From Candidatus Latescibacterota bacterium (GTDB taxonomy: Bacteria > Latescibacterota > UBA2968 > GCA-2709665): DNA of 64,000 nucleotides. The stretch covers positions 3,168,001 to 3,232,000 of the forward strand of contig OZ250150.1 in assembly GCA_965237675.1 (NCBI GenBank). Reading direction: 5' to 3'. The stretch's first letter is position 1. Every line of letters begins with the position of its first letter. Under the pieces are notes generated by a model. The model was not told the origin of the DNA and made no database searches. It saw only the letters and a list, made by a program, of their open reading frames with translations. The position numbers were made by a program, and so were the translations under genes. This document shows, piece after piece, positions 1 through 10,368 of the stretch.

Positions 1-2
1 AG

Positions 3-1211
3 CAGGAACAGTATACGCGCGGAAACAGGGGGCCGTCTCGCGGCCGGTTGCTGGCGTTTGAGACGGCACACCACGATGTACAGTGGATGGAAGCCGGCGG
101 AGAACGCGCATACCCCGGGTTGGCGCGGGATTACCGGCGGATGGTCATGCTGGCCAACGCGGGCGGCGGGGACGTCTATTCCGTGGACATTTTTCGTGTC
201 TGTGGAGGCGCTCAGCACGATTGGAAGTTGCACGGAAGCGCGGACCGGGACGGATGGGCCGAGGTGGATGTGCCAGTGAAGCCTTTCGGGCCGAACCTGT
301 TGCCGGGCGTAAACGTGCGGCTGCCCGAAAATGGGGGGGATGCCGGCGATGCCGAGGGGCGCTGCGTGAGCTACGGATTCATCCAGAACGTGTCGCGTGG
401 TCGTGTCGCCAACGGTGTTTCACTGCGTTTCGGCCTCGAGGGACGGCAAGCAGGGCTGCGGTGCCATCTACCTGGGCTTTCGGAAGCGGTGATTTTCCTG
501 GGTGACGCGCCGTCTGTGCGCCGAACGAACGAAAATGATGCCGAATTGGATCGGTTCAGGATGCCCGTTTTCCTCGCGCGGCGGCGAGGACGAGCACCGC
601 TATCCAGCGTGTTTGCCGCGATCCATGAGCCCTTCGACGGATCTCCGTTTGTTGAGGCCGTGCGACAGGTATACGCGGATGAATGGAATATCGCGCTGGA
701 GGTGAGTCATAGGGGATATGTGGACCATATTGTGCATCGTGCCGTCTGGACTGACGAGCCACTGGTGGTTGGTGATCTCAGCTTGAGCGGCGAGTTCGGG
801 TTTGTGCGGGAACGGGACGGCGTCCCCACGTGCATGGGGCTGTGGGGCGGGGACGCGTTGAAGTGGAAAGAGGAGGTGGTTCTGGGCGAGGGAGTCTATG
901 ACCTGGACGTGGCCGGTGTTCTCAGGAAGGCGGATGGAGACCCATTTGACGGCTTGAGGGTGACCGGTCGCATACCGGATGGCGCCGAAGTCGCGGGGAC
1001 AACGGCAATCATCCGTTTCGGGGATGGCCAGACGATGGGATGCGGTGTGGATCGTGTTATCCGCGACCGACAAGGGCTCACCCTGGCGACCACGGAAGAT
1101 CCGGGATTCTCAATTGAGAATGGCACGATGCGCCACGAGTTTTTTCCACTGCGTGAAAACTCGGGGCCGGTGACCTGCCGCATCCGGACGTCGTCGTTCG
1201 TTTGCATATAG
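3..1211 (+). CDS. Heparinase II/III-like protein, C-terminal part (5' truncated by window edge)
   Basis: Frame open from position 3 (QEQYTRG...). The pattern 'YPGLARDYRRMV...YSVDIFRV.GG.QHDWKLHG' resembles the heparinase II/III-like beta-sandwich region. Confidence 0.55.
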   Translation, partial: QEQYTRGNRGPSRGRLLAFETAHHDVQWMEAGGERAYPGLARDYRRMVMLANAGGGDVYSVDIFRVCGGAQHDWKLHGSADRDGWAEVDVPVKPFGPNLLPGVNVRLPENGGDAGDAEGRCVSYGFIQNVSRGRVANGVSLRFGLEGRQAGLRCHLPGLSEAVIFLGDAPSVRRTNENDAELDRFRMPVFLARRRGRAPLSSVFAAIHEPFDGSPFVEAVRQVYADEWNIALEVSHRGYVDHIVHRAVWTDEPLVVGDLSLSGEFGFVRERDGVPTCMGLWGGDALKWKEEVVLGEGVYDLDVAGVLRKADGDPFDGLRVTGRIPDGAEVAGTTAIIRFGDGQTMGCGVDRVIRDRQGLTLATTEDPGFSIENGTMRHEFFPLRENSGPVTCRIRTSSFVCI

Positions 1212-1233
1212 GAGGGACGGGAGAGGATCAGCA

Positions 1234-2388
1234 TCAGTTTGTGCTCGACGCGGCGCGGTAGACTTCGAGGATGGGTACGCCCTGTTCGCTCGCAATACGG
1301 GCGCAGTCTTCGTACTCGGGCGCAATACGCGTCCTGCCGCCGTAATTGGCGACCTTTACGGTCACGGGGCCGAATGCGGTTTCGACAACTTCCGTTCGTC
1401 GAGAGATGGTCTGACGCTCAACGCGGCGGAGCCGAACGCCAAGCGTCGTGGTTTCACGGAAGATCAGATCCGTGACGGACTGTGTGTTGGCGGGATCGGC
1501 GAGCACGCTGAGCATCACTCCGGGGCGCCCTTTTTTCATAATGAGGGGCGTGAGGTACGCGTCTCTGGCGCCTTCGGAGAGCAGGCGGTCGATCAGATAG
1601 CCGTAGATTTCCGGCGTCATATCGTCAATGTTGGTTTCTATGAGGGTGAGCGCGTCTGTCCGGAGGCAGGACTCGGATTCACCGATTTCCAATCGGAGCA
1701 GATTCGGTATCTGATCCATGTCACGACTGCCTGCCCCGTAGCCGATCTGACGCGTACGAAATGAAAGACGGGCACCGATCTGGTCCGCCAACGTGGTCAA
1801 AATCGCTGCGCCTGTAGGTGTGACCAGCTCACACGGTATGTCGGTGCGTTCGGCGGGAACATCTCTGCAAAGGGCGAGCACGGCAGGTACGGGAATGGGC
1901 AGAATGCCGTGCGAACTTCGGGTTGTTCCGCGACCAAACCGTAGGGATGAGGCGCAGACGCGTTCGACTCCGAGCAGTTCCAGGCCGATAACGGCCCCGA
2001 CGATATCCGCTATCGCGTCGATCGCACCCACTTCGTGAAATTGTACGCGTTCGACTGAAACGCCGTGAACTTCGGCTTCGGCTTCGGCGAGGCGGCGGAA
2101 AATGGCGCCGCTTTGCCGTTTGGCTCTGCTCGAGATGCCGGCGGCGTTGATGATTCCCAACACGTCCTTCAGTCGACGGTGTACATGCCCTTCTCCGGCG
2201 ACGACATCGACCTTTGTCGCGGCGATACCGTGCCTGTGAACCCTTCCGGCCCGGAGGCAGACTTCTTTCAGATTGAGTTTGTCAAGTTCCTTCTGCAACA
2301 TCTGGATACACAGGCCGGCATCCACCAGCGCGCCAAGAATCATGTCGCCGCTTACGCCCGCATAGCAGTCGAAGTACGCAAGTCTCAA
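1234..2388 (-). CDS. larC: Nickel pincer cofactor biosynthesis protein LarC
   Basis: YFDCYAGVSGDMILGAL, HFHEVGAxD-like 'QFHEVGAIDAIADI', ELVTPTGAA, ETNIDD, MKKGRPG, ETTTLGVR, PEYED. Confidence 0.92.
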   Translation of the reverse strand: MRLAYFDCYAGVSGDMILGALVDAGLCIQMLQKELDKLNLKEVCLRAGRVHRHGIAATKVDVVAGEGHVHRRLKDVLGIINAAGISSRAKRQSGAIFRRLAEAEAEVHGVSVERVQFHEVGAIDAIADIVGAVIGLELLGVERVCASSLRFGRGTTRSSHGILPIPVPAVLALCRDVPAERTDIPCELVTPTGAAILTTLADQIGARLSFRTRQIGYGAGSRDMDQIPNLLRLEIGESESCLRTDALTLIETNIDDMTPEIYGYLIDRLLSEGARDAYLTPLIMKKGRPGVMLSVLADPANTQSVTDLIFRETTTLGVRLRRVERQTISRRTEVVETAFGPVTVKVANYGGRTRIAPEYEDCARIASEQGVPILEVYRAASSTN

Positions 2389-2618
2389 GATATCACCTTT
2401 ATTTCATTCTGAAGGGAGTCAGGTGCTGGCGTAACGCGAGATCTGCTTCGGATAGGCGTTTTTTTGGGATTGTGCGTTGGGACGTCGATCGACAAGCTGG
2501 CGGGATTTTATCGTCGCCGCAGCTATTGAGAGCCCGGTCGTCTTTGCCGGGTTTTTCGTTAGCGAATTCATCTTGCTCCCGTGGCGACGACCCGGCGATG
2601 GGCTGTGGGCGAGGTGAC

Positions 2619-3980
2619 TTACGGAGGGGGCTGCAGGTTGGTCGCAATCGACGCGGTCTGGTTGTCGAACAGCGCCAGCAGAAGGTCGCGGTGCTGCCTG
2701 AAGCCGGCCAGTTGATCCGGTGGTAGCGGCCTGGCCTTGGAGCGATTGGCCAATCTGGCGGGGTTGCCAAGGCGATAACCCTTGCCGTTTCTGACAAAGA
2801 AGTTGTAATGAAGGTGTGGTCCGGTGGCGCGACCGGTCGCCCCCACAAAACCGATGACCTGCTTTTGCTTGACGTATGAGCCTTTCTTCAACCCCCGCGG
2901 GAACCTGCTGAGGTGGCCGTAGCCGGTTTTGTAGCCGTTTCGGTGCCGAATTTCGACGTAGTTCCCGAGAGCGCCATTCCGGCCCTTGAATACGACGGTA
3001 CCCGGGGCGGTTGCCCAGACGCGGGTGCCGTACCTGGCTGCGTAGTCGATGCCGTGGTGTGGGGTGTACTTTTTAAGGATGGGGTGGTACCGGCGGTTGG
3101 AATATCCGGAGCTGATTCGCCGGTAGTTGAGCGGGGATTTGAGAAACAGTCCGCGCAGCGACTTGCCGTTCGAATCGTAATAGGCCAGGTGGCCGTCGGG
3201 TGTTTCGAACAGGAAAGCCTGATGGTTATTTCGCGCGGCCTGGTATTCAGCTGAAAGGATATCTCCGTAACGCAGGAACCGGCCGTCTTTGTGCAATTTC
3301 TCCAGCGCCAGGGCAAAACGGTCGCCGTCGCGGCAATCGACCATAAAGTCGATGTCGTATTCAAAAATCCTGGTCAATTCACCGCTCAGTACGGCGGCGT
3401 CTTCACCGGTTTCACTCAGGGCATTCCATAGTGTGTTGTGGATTTCACCCGAAACAACGGCGATCCGGCTTTCAAGAGGCATGCGCTCCTTGTGCGCTGT
3501 AAGCTTGCCGTTCTTCCGCGCCGCGATAAAACGGGTCTCTACGGCCCCCTTTTTAATGAATTCGAAAGACTGAATGGCTCCCAGGCTGTCCAGGCGCAGT
3601 TCATAGCGGTCTCCGCTCTGGACGATTCTGGGATTGAATTCCGCCCGGGGAATCCCTTTCTGTAACGCGTCAAGCAGTTCATGGATCTGGGACCGCGCGA
3701 CGTCTTCCCGATTCAACGCGTCCCAGAATGTTTCTCTACGGCGGATGCGTCCGTCGATTTCAGAGAATTGCGGTTCCGGACTTGCGGGAAGAGAGACTGC
3801 AATCGGGGACGTTTCCTGGGCGGCGTCAGGGATTTGCACGGTTTCAGGCTGCCGGGACCGGGTGGCCGTGAGCCAGATCAGTGCAGCGGCGGGTAGGATA
3901 ACGGGAACAAACTTTGCCAGCCGGAACCGGCGACCGGATCGGGGGGGCCGGTTCGTGCGATTACATTCACGAATATGCAT
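2619..3980 (-). CDS. M23 family peptidoglycan DD-endopeptidase (MepM-like)
   Basis: N-terminal TM anchor; RYHPIL, HHGIDYAA (HxxxD), YGHLS, TGPHLHY (HxH). Confidence 0.9.
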   Translation of the reverse strand: MHIRECNRTNRPPRSGRRFRLAKFVPVILPAAALIWLTATRSRQPETVQIPDAAQETSPIAVSLPASPEPQFSEIDGRIRRRETFWDALNREDVARSQIHELLDALQKGIPRAEFNPRIVQSGDRYELRLDSLGAIQSFEFIKKGAVETRFIAARKNGKLTAHKERMPLESRIAVVSGEIHNTLWNALSETGEDAAVLSGELTRIFEYDIDFMVDCRDGDRFALALEKLHKDGRFLRYGDILSAEYQAARNNHQAFLFETPDGHLAYYDSNGKSLRGLFLKSPLNYRRISSGYSNRRYHPILKKYTPHHGIDYAARYGTRVWATAPGTVVFKGRNGALGNYVEIRHRNGYKTGYGHLSRFPRGLKKGSYVKQKQVIGFVGATGRATGPHLHYNFFVRNGKGYRLGNPARLANRSKARPLPPDQLAGFRQHRDLLLALFDNQTASIATNLQPPP

Positions 3981-4093
3981 ATCTTTAGGTGCGTGGGATG
4001 CCGGAAGGGGCCTGAGGGTTTATGGAAGACCCAACTGACAACAAATGGACAAATGAACGTAACTTATTGTTCTGGGGGCATTGCGAATCTTGC

Positions 4094-4122
4094 AAGATAG
4101 GTCAAAACGGACTTTCTGTCAA
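4094..4122 (-). promoter_or_regulatory. Putative sigma-70 promoter for the M23 gene
   Basis: Minus strand TTGACA-N17-TATCTT. Confidence 0.55.
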
Positions 4123-4215
4123 CCCTATTTTAGCTTGCGTCCGGAGCGCTGCATTGTTACTCTCATACCTGTACTGTTTGATTAAGTGAATGGACCCATG
4201 GCGGGGGTTTGAGAG

Positions 4216-5280
4216 ATGGGTGACCGTGTTGACCTGAAGGGAATCTATCCCGAGGAACTGGAGGTATTCGTCGCTTCCCTCGGGCTGGAGCCGTATCGCG
4301 CCCGGCAGATTGCGGCGTGGATCTACAATCGCGGCACAACCGATTTCGCTGAAATGACCGACCTCACAAAGGCGGTTCGCGCAACCCTGCGGGAGCGCGC
4401 GTCTATATTGAGTTTGAAAGTAGCTGCAAAGGCGGGGGCGGATGCCGGCGACACGGTGAAGTACCTGTTTGAGCTTCCGGACGGCAGGCGCGTCGAGAGC
4501 GTGTTGATGCGCGATGGCAGGCGTCGCACGCTGTGTGTTTCGTCCCAGGTGGGATGTGCGCTCGATTGCACGTTCTGCGCGACCGGCCGGATGGGGCTGC
4601 TCCGCAACCTGTCCGCTGGCGAAATTCTGGATCAACTGGTTTGGGTCCGGCGCGAACTGAGGGCGCGCGATGACGATCTGACCAATGTCGTCATGATGGG
4701 TATGGGCGAGCCGCTGTTGAATTACGAGAACGTTGTTCGTGCGATCCGACTGATGAATCTGGATTACGGTCTGGCAATAGGGATCCGGCGGATCACGCTT
4801 TCGACAGTCGGCTACGTGCCCGGCATATTGAGGTTGGCCAGGGAGGGATTGAAGGTCGGCCTGGCGGTTTCTCTGAATGCGACAGACGATGCGCAGCGTT
4901 CGCGAATTATGTCGATCAATCGGCGGTGGCCGATTGCCGAACTGCTCGCGGCCGTCAGGGCGTATCGCAAGGGAGTTAATCGGCGGGTGACGTTCGAGTA
5001 CGTGCTCCTCCACGGGTTCAACGATTCCGTGGAGGACGCCGAACGGCTGGTTGCGCTGGTCCGGGATATCGCGTGCAAAATTAACGTCATTCCATGGAAT
5101 CCGGTCGAAGACGCGCCATTTGAACGGCCGCCGCAGGAGGCCGTGGATCGGTTTGTGCAGATCCTCAGGAATGCCCATCTGACAACGACAGTACGCTACA
5201 GCAAGGGGGTGGATATCGCGGCGGGATGCGGGCAACTCTATGTCCATCCCGAAGCGACTGCCCCCGCTTCGGGCGTTTGA
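4216..5280 (+). CDS. rlmN: 23S rRNA m2A2503/tRNA m2A37 methyltransferase RlmN
   Basis: CVSSQVGCALDCTFCATG (CxxxCxxC), MGMGEPL, TFEYVL, INVIPWN, DIAAGCGQL. Confidence 0.96.
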   Translation: MGDRVDLKGIYPEELEVFVASLGLEPYRARQIAAWIYNRGTTDFAEMTDLTKAVRATLRERASILSLKVAAKAGADAGDTVKYLFELPDGRRVESVLMRDGRRRTLCVSSQVGCALDCTFCATGRMGLLRNLSAGEILDQLVWVRRELRARDDDLTNVVMMGMGEPLLNYENVVRAIRLMNLDYGLAIGIRRITLSTVGYVPGILRLAREGLKVGLAVSLNATDDAQRSRIMSINRRWPIAELLAAVRAYRKGVNRRVTFEYVLLHGFNDSVEDAERLVALVRDIACKINVIPWNPVEDAPFERPPQEAVDRFVQILRNAHLTTTVRYSKGVDIAAGCGQLYVHPEATAPASGV

Positions 5281-5325
5281 CGAGCACGGTGGCCAGCGGC
5301 CGCCGCGTCCCGTCGAAAATTTTCC

Positions 5326-5354
5326 TTGATTTTTATGTAAAGATATGTTATATT
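5326..5354 (+). promoter_or_regulatory. Putative sigma-70 promoter for murA-cca
   Basis: TTGATT-N17-TATATT with extended TGn, in an AT-rich intergenic region. Confidence 0.6.
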
Positions 5355-5421
5355 GTAACTTATAACGATATACACATGATCACCGTTCTCCAGTCCGAGA
5401 GACATCGGGGCGCGTGTTTTT

Positions 5422-6714
5422 ATGGAACAGTTCGTCATTGAAGGTGGATTTCCACTTTCCGGAACCATAACCCCTTTCGGAAACAAGAATGCCGCGCTCA
5501 CGCTCCTTGCGGCTGCGCTGTTAACGGACGAGACGGTCGTGCTGAAGAATGCGCCTGCCATCGGAGACGTCCTCACCCTCATCGAACTCTTGCGCGATCT
5601 GGGTGTCTCGGTTCAGCACACGGGCCGGTCCGAATTGACCGCGTGTGCAGCTTCGCTGAGCAAGACCGCTCTAAATCCTGATTTCTGCAGAAAAGCCCGC
5701 GGAAGCATTCTGCTGGCAGGACCGCTTCTCGCGCGACATGGCCGCGCGACAATGCCCCGGCCCGGAGGGGACAAAATTGGCCGTCGGCGTCTGGATACCC
5801 ATCTTCGTGCGCTGGAGGCGCTGGGCGCCCGCATCCAGACCAACCACGTCTACGAAATGTGGGCGCCAGAGGGATTGAGGGGCGCCGACATATTTCTGGA
5901 TGAGCGGAGCGTGACCGGTACGGAAAATGTAATCATGGCATCCACGCTTGCCGAGGGCGCAACCGTCATCCGGAACGCGGCTTGTGAACCGCACGTGCAG
6001 GAGTTGTGTCTTCTGCTCAACGCGATGGGTGCCCGGATTTCAGGCGTAGGCACCAATGAACTGACGATTGAAGGCGTAAAAACGCTTCGTGGCGGCGAAC
6101 ATACCATCGGCCCCGATTTTATGGAAGTAGGGAGTTTCATCGGCCTCGCGGCGGTAACCAACGGGGAGATACGGATCAAGGACGCCGCACCGTATCATAT
6201 GCGGCGGAGTCTGATGGTTTTTGAACGGCTGGGGGTAGAGGTGGCTGTTGATGGAGAGGACATCCTGGTTCCGGACCATCAGAAGCTGGAGATCGTCCGG
6301 GATGTCGGAGACGCGATTCCAAAGATTTTTGACGATCCCTGGCCGGGTTTTCCCGCGGACCTGATGAGCATCGCGCTGGTCGTGGCCACCCAGGCGCGCG
6401 GCACCGTCCTGTTCTTCGAGAAGATGTACGAGAGCCGCCTTTTCTGGCTTGATCGGTTGATTGAGATGGGGGCGGAGATAATCCTTTGTGACCCTCACCG
6501 CGCGGTTATCGTGGGTCCGTCGAAGCTATATGGGGAGCGGATTACGAGTCCCGATATCCGGGCCGGGATGGCGCTGCTGATCGCCAGCCTGTGCGCCGAA
6601 GGCCAGAGCGTGATCCGGAACATCGAGCAGATCGATCGCGGGTACGATTGCATCGACGAGCGTCTTCGCGCGCTGGGCGCCCGGATCGAACGGGTTCCCG
6701 TTCCTTTTGACTAA
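5422..6714 (+). CDS. murA: UDP-N-acetylglucosamine 1-carboxyvinyltransferase (Asp at the Cys115-equivalent position)
   Basis: [43 protein letters not shown]. Confidence 0.95.
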   Translation: MEQFVIEGGFPLSGTITPFGNKNAALTLLAAALLTDETVVLKNAPAIGDVLTLIELLRDLGVSVQHTGRSELTACAASLSKTALNPDFCRKARGSILLAGPLLARHGRATMPRPGGDKIGRRRLDTHLRALEALGARIQTNHVYEMWAPEGLRGADIFLDERSVTGTENVIMASTLAEGATVIRNAACEPHVQELCLLLNAMGARISGVGTNELTIEGVKTLRGGEHTIGPDFMEVGSFIGLAAVTNGEIRIKDAAPYHMRRSLMVFERLGVEVAVDGEDILVPDHQKLEIVRDVGDAIPKIFDDPWPGFPADLMSIALVVATQARGTVLFFEKMYESRLFWLDRLIEMGAEIILCDPHRAVIVGPSKLYGERITSPDIRAGMALLIASLCAEGQSVIRNIEQIDRGYDCIDERLRALGARIERVPVPFD

Positions 6715-6719
6715 ACGCA

Positions 6720-8087
6720 ATGGCATCTGCTAAGGACACGGCAATCGAAGTGGTTCGACGCCTTCACGCACGGGGGTTCCGTGCGTTGCTGGCCGGCGGG
6801 TGCGTGCGAGACCTCTTGCTTGGGCGGGAACCCCGGGACTACGATGTCGCGACCGATGCCGATCCCCAACAGGTGATCGGCATTTTTCGCCATGCGCAGC
6901 CTGTGGGCGCACACTTTGGCGTGGTGGAAGTGCGGCTGGACGGGCACGTCTTCGAGGTTGCCCGTTTCCGGCGTGATCTGGGCTACAGCGATGGACGGCA
7001 TCCCGACGCGGTCGTCTTTACAGATGAAACTGAGGATGCCCGGCGTCGGGATTTCACCGTGAACGGAATGTTCTGGGACCCCCTGGCGGATCGGGTGCTG
7101 GATTACGTGGGCGGACAGGCGGATTTGAAGGAGAGAGTGATCCGGACCATCGGCCCCGCCGAGGACCGGTTCACGGAAGACCGCCTGCGAATGATGCGGG
7201 CGTTGCGGTTCGGTTGTCGCTTCCACTGGCGGATCGATCGATCGACGTTTGCGGCGATCCGGCGTATGAGCCCAAACCTCGCGGACGTCAGCAGAGAACG
7301 CATCAGGGACGAATTTTCCAGGATGTTAACCGAAGGGGGCGCGCCTCTCGGCGTGCGATGGTTGATCGATACCGGGTTGATGGTCGAGGTCGTACCGGAG
7401 ATACTGGCCCTCGACGGGGTCGCGCAGCCCCCGGAATTTCATCCGGAAGGCGACGTGTTGACCCACACGTTGATAATGCTGGGGTTGATGCGCAATCCGT
7501 CCAAGGAACTGGCGATGGCCGTCCTGTTGCACGATGTGGGCAAACCGCGTACGTTCAAGTCAGCGGACCGTATTCGCTTTGACAATCACGCCCTCGTGGG
7601 CGCCCAGATGACCGACACGATATGTCGCAGGCTGCGGTTTTCCAGGGAGTCGACCCGTCACATCGTTCGACTGGTGGCGGACCATCACCGTTTTATGCAC
7701 GTAAGGGTGATGCGCAAGAGCAGGTTGAAGCGGTTTTTGCGCACGGAGCGGTTTGAAGAACACCTGGAACTGCACCGGGTCGACTGTTTATCCAGCCACC
7801 GTAATCTGGAGAATTACGGATTCTGTCGGCAGGCCCTTGAATCATTGGAGCCCGAGGAAATACGCCCGGAGCCATTGATCACCGGTCGGGATCTGATCGA
7901 GCTCGGATATCCGCCCGGACCGGCCTTCAAGACCGCGCTGAGGGCTGTGGAAGACGGCCAGCTTGAAGGCCGCGTGAAGGATCGTGAAGACGCTTTGCTG
8001 CTCGCTCGGGGAATGTTCGAGAGGGGCACGGAGTCCCGGTGCGGAAACCCGTCGGATAGTGGATCCGCTTCGGGGTCACCCGGTTAG
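6720..8087 (+). CDS. cca: CCA tRNA nucleotidyltransferase with HD domain
   Basis: GGCVRDLLLG..DYDVAT, RRDFTVN, EDRLRMMR, HPEGDVLTHT...LLHDVGK. Confidence 0.9.
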   Translation: MASAKDTAIEVVRRLHARGFRALLAGGCVRDLLLGREPRDYDVATDADPQQVIGIFRHAQPVGAHFGVVEVRLDGHVFEVARFRRDLGYSDGRHPDAVVFTDETEDARRRDFTVNGMFWDPLADRVLDYVGGQADLKERVIRTIGPAEDRFTEDRLRMMRALRFGCRFHWRIDRSTFAAIRRMSPNLADVSRERIRDEFSRMLTEGGAPLGVRWLIDTGLMVEVVPEILALDGVAQPPEFHPEGDVLTHTLIMLGLMRNPSKELAMAVLLHDVGKPRTFKSADRIRFDNHALVGAQMTDTICRRLRFSRESTRHIVRLVADHHRFMHVRVMRKSRLKRFLRTERFEEHLELHRVDCLSSHRNLENYGFCRQALESLEPEEIRPEPLITGRDLIELGYPPGPAFKTALRAVEDGQLEGRVKDREDALLLARGMFERGTESRCGNPSDSGSASGSPG

Positions 8088-8255
8088 GGGCCGCCGCCGC
8101 CGGATTCCGAACGGTGCCCCGGCCGCTCCGGATAATCGGTAAGGAGCGTTGCGGGCCGACAGGCATGTCTGGAACCATCGCAGGATAAGGGCGTATGTAG
8201 ATAGAGAAGACCAATTAACTTCCGCTTTTCAATTTCGCTTTGCGAAGGGTGTGCG

Positions 8256-8831
8256 ATGTCCGGCCTGATACGATCTGCTTTGACCATTGCTTTTCTGGCG
8301 GTCTGGGTGCCGGAGCCGATGGCAACCACCGTGGTTCGGTTCGCGTTCGATTCGCTATGTGAAAAAGCGGAGACGATCGCCCATGTTCAGTGTGTGTCTC
8401 GCAGCAGTTTTATGGATGACTCACGCGGCCAGATCGTAACACAGACGCGGTTCAGGGTACTGACACCGGTCAAGGGCAATCCCGGAGACGAGATTATTCT
8501 CACGCTGCCAGGAGGAACCGCAGACGGCCGTCGGTTTTTTATTCCGGGCATTCCCGAGTTCATCCTCGATGAAGAGGCTGTTCTGTTTCTTACCGGCCCG
8601 GACTTCCACGGATCGCCCTGGCCCCTGGGACTCGGACAGGGCTGTTACCGCGTGCCCGGAACGCGGGGGGGCCTCACCCAGGTCAGGATGCATCCGGGTA
8701 CCACGCCCCTGCCGGCCGGACCGCTGTTCAAGCCGGCGCTCAACCGGCCCTCTCGTCCGTTCAATGTACCGCTCCAGCAGTTTCTCCATCAGATCCGGCT
8801 GACGATTCCGGAACCGGCCGACGAAAGGTAG
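8256..8831 (+). CDS. Hypothetical exported protein
   Basis: Signal-peptide-like N-terminus; beta-rich body with 'VKG...LPGGT..G....IPGIPEF..EEAVLFL'. Confidence 0.65.
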   Translation: MSGLIRSALTIAFLAVWVPEPMATTVVRFAFDSLCEKAETIAHVQCVSRSSFMDDSRGQIVTQTRFRVLTPVKGNPGDEIILTLPGGTADGRRFFIPGIPEFILDEEAVLFLTGPDFHGSPWPLGLGQGCYRVPGTRGGLTQVRMHPGTTPLPAGPLFKPALNRPSRPFNVPLQQFLHQIRLTIPEPADER

Positions 8832-8934
8832 GATGCCGGCACCGGACCAGCGAAGTTTCACGGATCGCCGAGCTCCGTTCAGGAGACCTGTAAACGAATT
8901 CTCAAGAAACTCATTCCGGAGCATCGATTGTCAC

Positions 8935-8985
8935 AGGATCTAAGGGATGAATCCTCGGCTTCACCTTGAGATCCTTTTTTATTTT
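8935..8985 (+). terminator. Putative intrinsic terminator
   Basis: Imperfect stem AGGATCTAAGG...CCTTGAGATCCT followed by TTTTTATTTT. Confidence 0.55.
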
Positions 8986-9149
8986 GCTTGACTTTGAGCC
9001 GGCATTGTTGCATCATATTCGCATAGTTTATGCGCCCGCTTCTGCGCGTGTAAGGTTCTGAATTTAAGTGACTTTGGCACTTTCGGCATGCTTCGAGGGC
9101 GGCGTTATGCCCTTTTTTTGTTGGCTTCGATCCGGAAGGAGGCGTTTTA

Positions 9150-10337
9150 ATGTTCAAGCTGCATTTTGATATTCGGGATATCTTTCGCGTGGTTCGGCTC
9201 GGATGGTCCGGCAAGAAGATCTGGGTGGGCTTGTGTGGTTCGCTGATCGCGTATGCCGGATATTCCATCCTGGCCATTGTCGACCAACTTCTGGCAGGTG
9301 CCACGCTCCCGCAGGTCTGGCACCGGTACGGGTTGTTCCCCGGGCCCTCGCCAGTTCCCGCCACATTAGCGGGTACGGCGATTGACGTGATTGCAATGCT
9401 ATATGGGTGGGTAGTGATTTTTTTGACGGTTTGCATGATCTGCAAGATTACCTACCAGCAACTGAAGGGGGACGACTTTTATTCCTCGGGGGACGCGTGG
9501 GGGTTCATCAGAAAGAACTGGGGCGGCGTTGTCTGGGGGCCTGCGGCCACGCTGGCACTCTTGATCTTTTTTGTCGTCGCGGGCATCGTGATCGGGTGGC
9601 TGGCCGGAATGATTCCCTGGGCCGGAGAAGTGGCATTCGGGGTCTTTTTCATACCGATCTTTTTTGCGGCGCTGGTTGCGATTTTTATATCGATCGCGTT
9701 TGTCGTGTCCATAACGATGTCTCCCGCAGTCGTGGGGACGGTGGGCGAAGACGCGCTTGAAGTGGCCATCCAGTCCTTTTCGCTGGCCTGGAGTCAGCCC
9801 TGGCGGTTGGTCCTATATATGCTCTGGATGAAGATATCGGTCTTTATAGGTTCAGTTTTGCTGGGCACCTTTATGGCCTCCGCGTTGGGGCTGGTCAGCT
9901 GGGCTTGCGGCTTGTTTATGAAAGAAAAACTGGCGAATCTGGTCTATGTGGCAGGCCGGTTTGTTCCGTTTGACTTCACCCGCTGCGAATGGTTGTCCAT
10001 GGACATTACGGCGTTTTTACCGCCGGCCGGTACCCCGTCCGGGTCCGAACTTCTTGCAGGCGGAATTCTGGCCGTGATGTTGATTCTGCTCACGGTTATC
10101 TTCGGTTCATACGTGATGTCCGCCTATGCTTCGGGTATCAGCCTGATTTACGTAATTCTTCGTAAACGCAAGGACGATGAGAATTTGCTCGAGTGGGAAG
10201 ACGGTGCGGTGGAGGAAGGGATGGAACAGCATGACGGTGCGGAAGCGGCAGACGGCGACGCGACGGGTGATGACACGTCCGTGGAATCGGAGAATGGAGA
10301 CGGTGAGGCATCGGACACGGAAACGGAACAGTCCTGA
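9150..10337 (+). CDS. Hypothetical polytopic membrane protein with acidic C-terminal tail
   Basis: AAGGAGG RBS; several hydrophobic segments; D/E-rich C-terminus. Confidence 0.8.
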   Translation: MFKLHFDIRDIFRVVRLGWSGKKIWVGLCGSLIAYAGYSILAIVDQLLAGATLPQVWHRYGLFPGPSPVPATLAGTAIDVIAMLYGWVVIFLTVCMICKITYQQLKGDDFYSSGDAWGFIRKNWGGVVWGPAATLALLIFFVVAGIVIGWLAGMIPWAGEVAFGVFFIPIFFAALVAIFISIAFVVSITMSPAVVGTVGEDALEVAIQSFSLAWSQPWRLVLYMLWMKISVFIGSVLLGTFMASALGLVSWACGLFMKEKLANLVYVAGRFVPFDFTRCEWLSMDITAFLPPAGTPSGSELLAGGILAVMLILLTVIFGSYVMSAYASGISLIYVILRKRKDDENLLEWEDGAVEEGMEQHDGAEAADGDATGDDTSVESENGDGEASDTETEQS

Positions 10338-10368
10338 CAACCGGCATTCCGGAAACGTACTGGCGGAT

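Noticed and set aside
4102-5247. Long antisense ORFs (also 38771-39796, 45885-47012, 52769-53818, 24976-25926 and others)
   Set aside because: They are shadows of well-supported genes on the opposite strand, expected in GC-rich DNA, and carry no motifs.
10177-10368. N-terminal extensions in the ORF track (also cysC, sigma, qor, folB, sodA, dusA, hyuB, ceramidase-like)
   Set aside because: They overlap upstream genes or promoters; downstream starts fit the family N-termini better, and most have a clear RBS.
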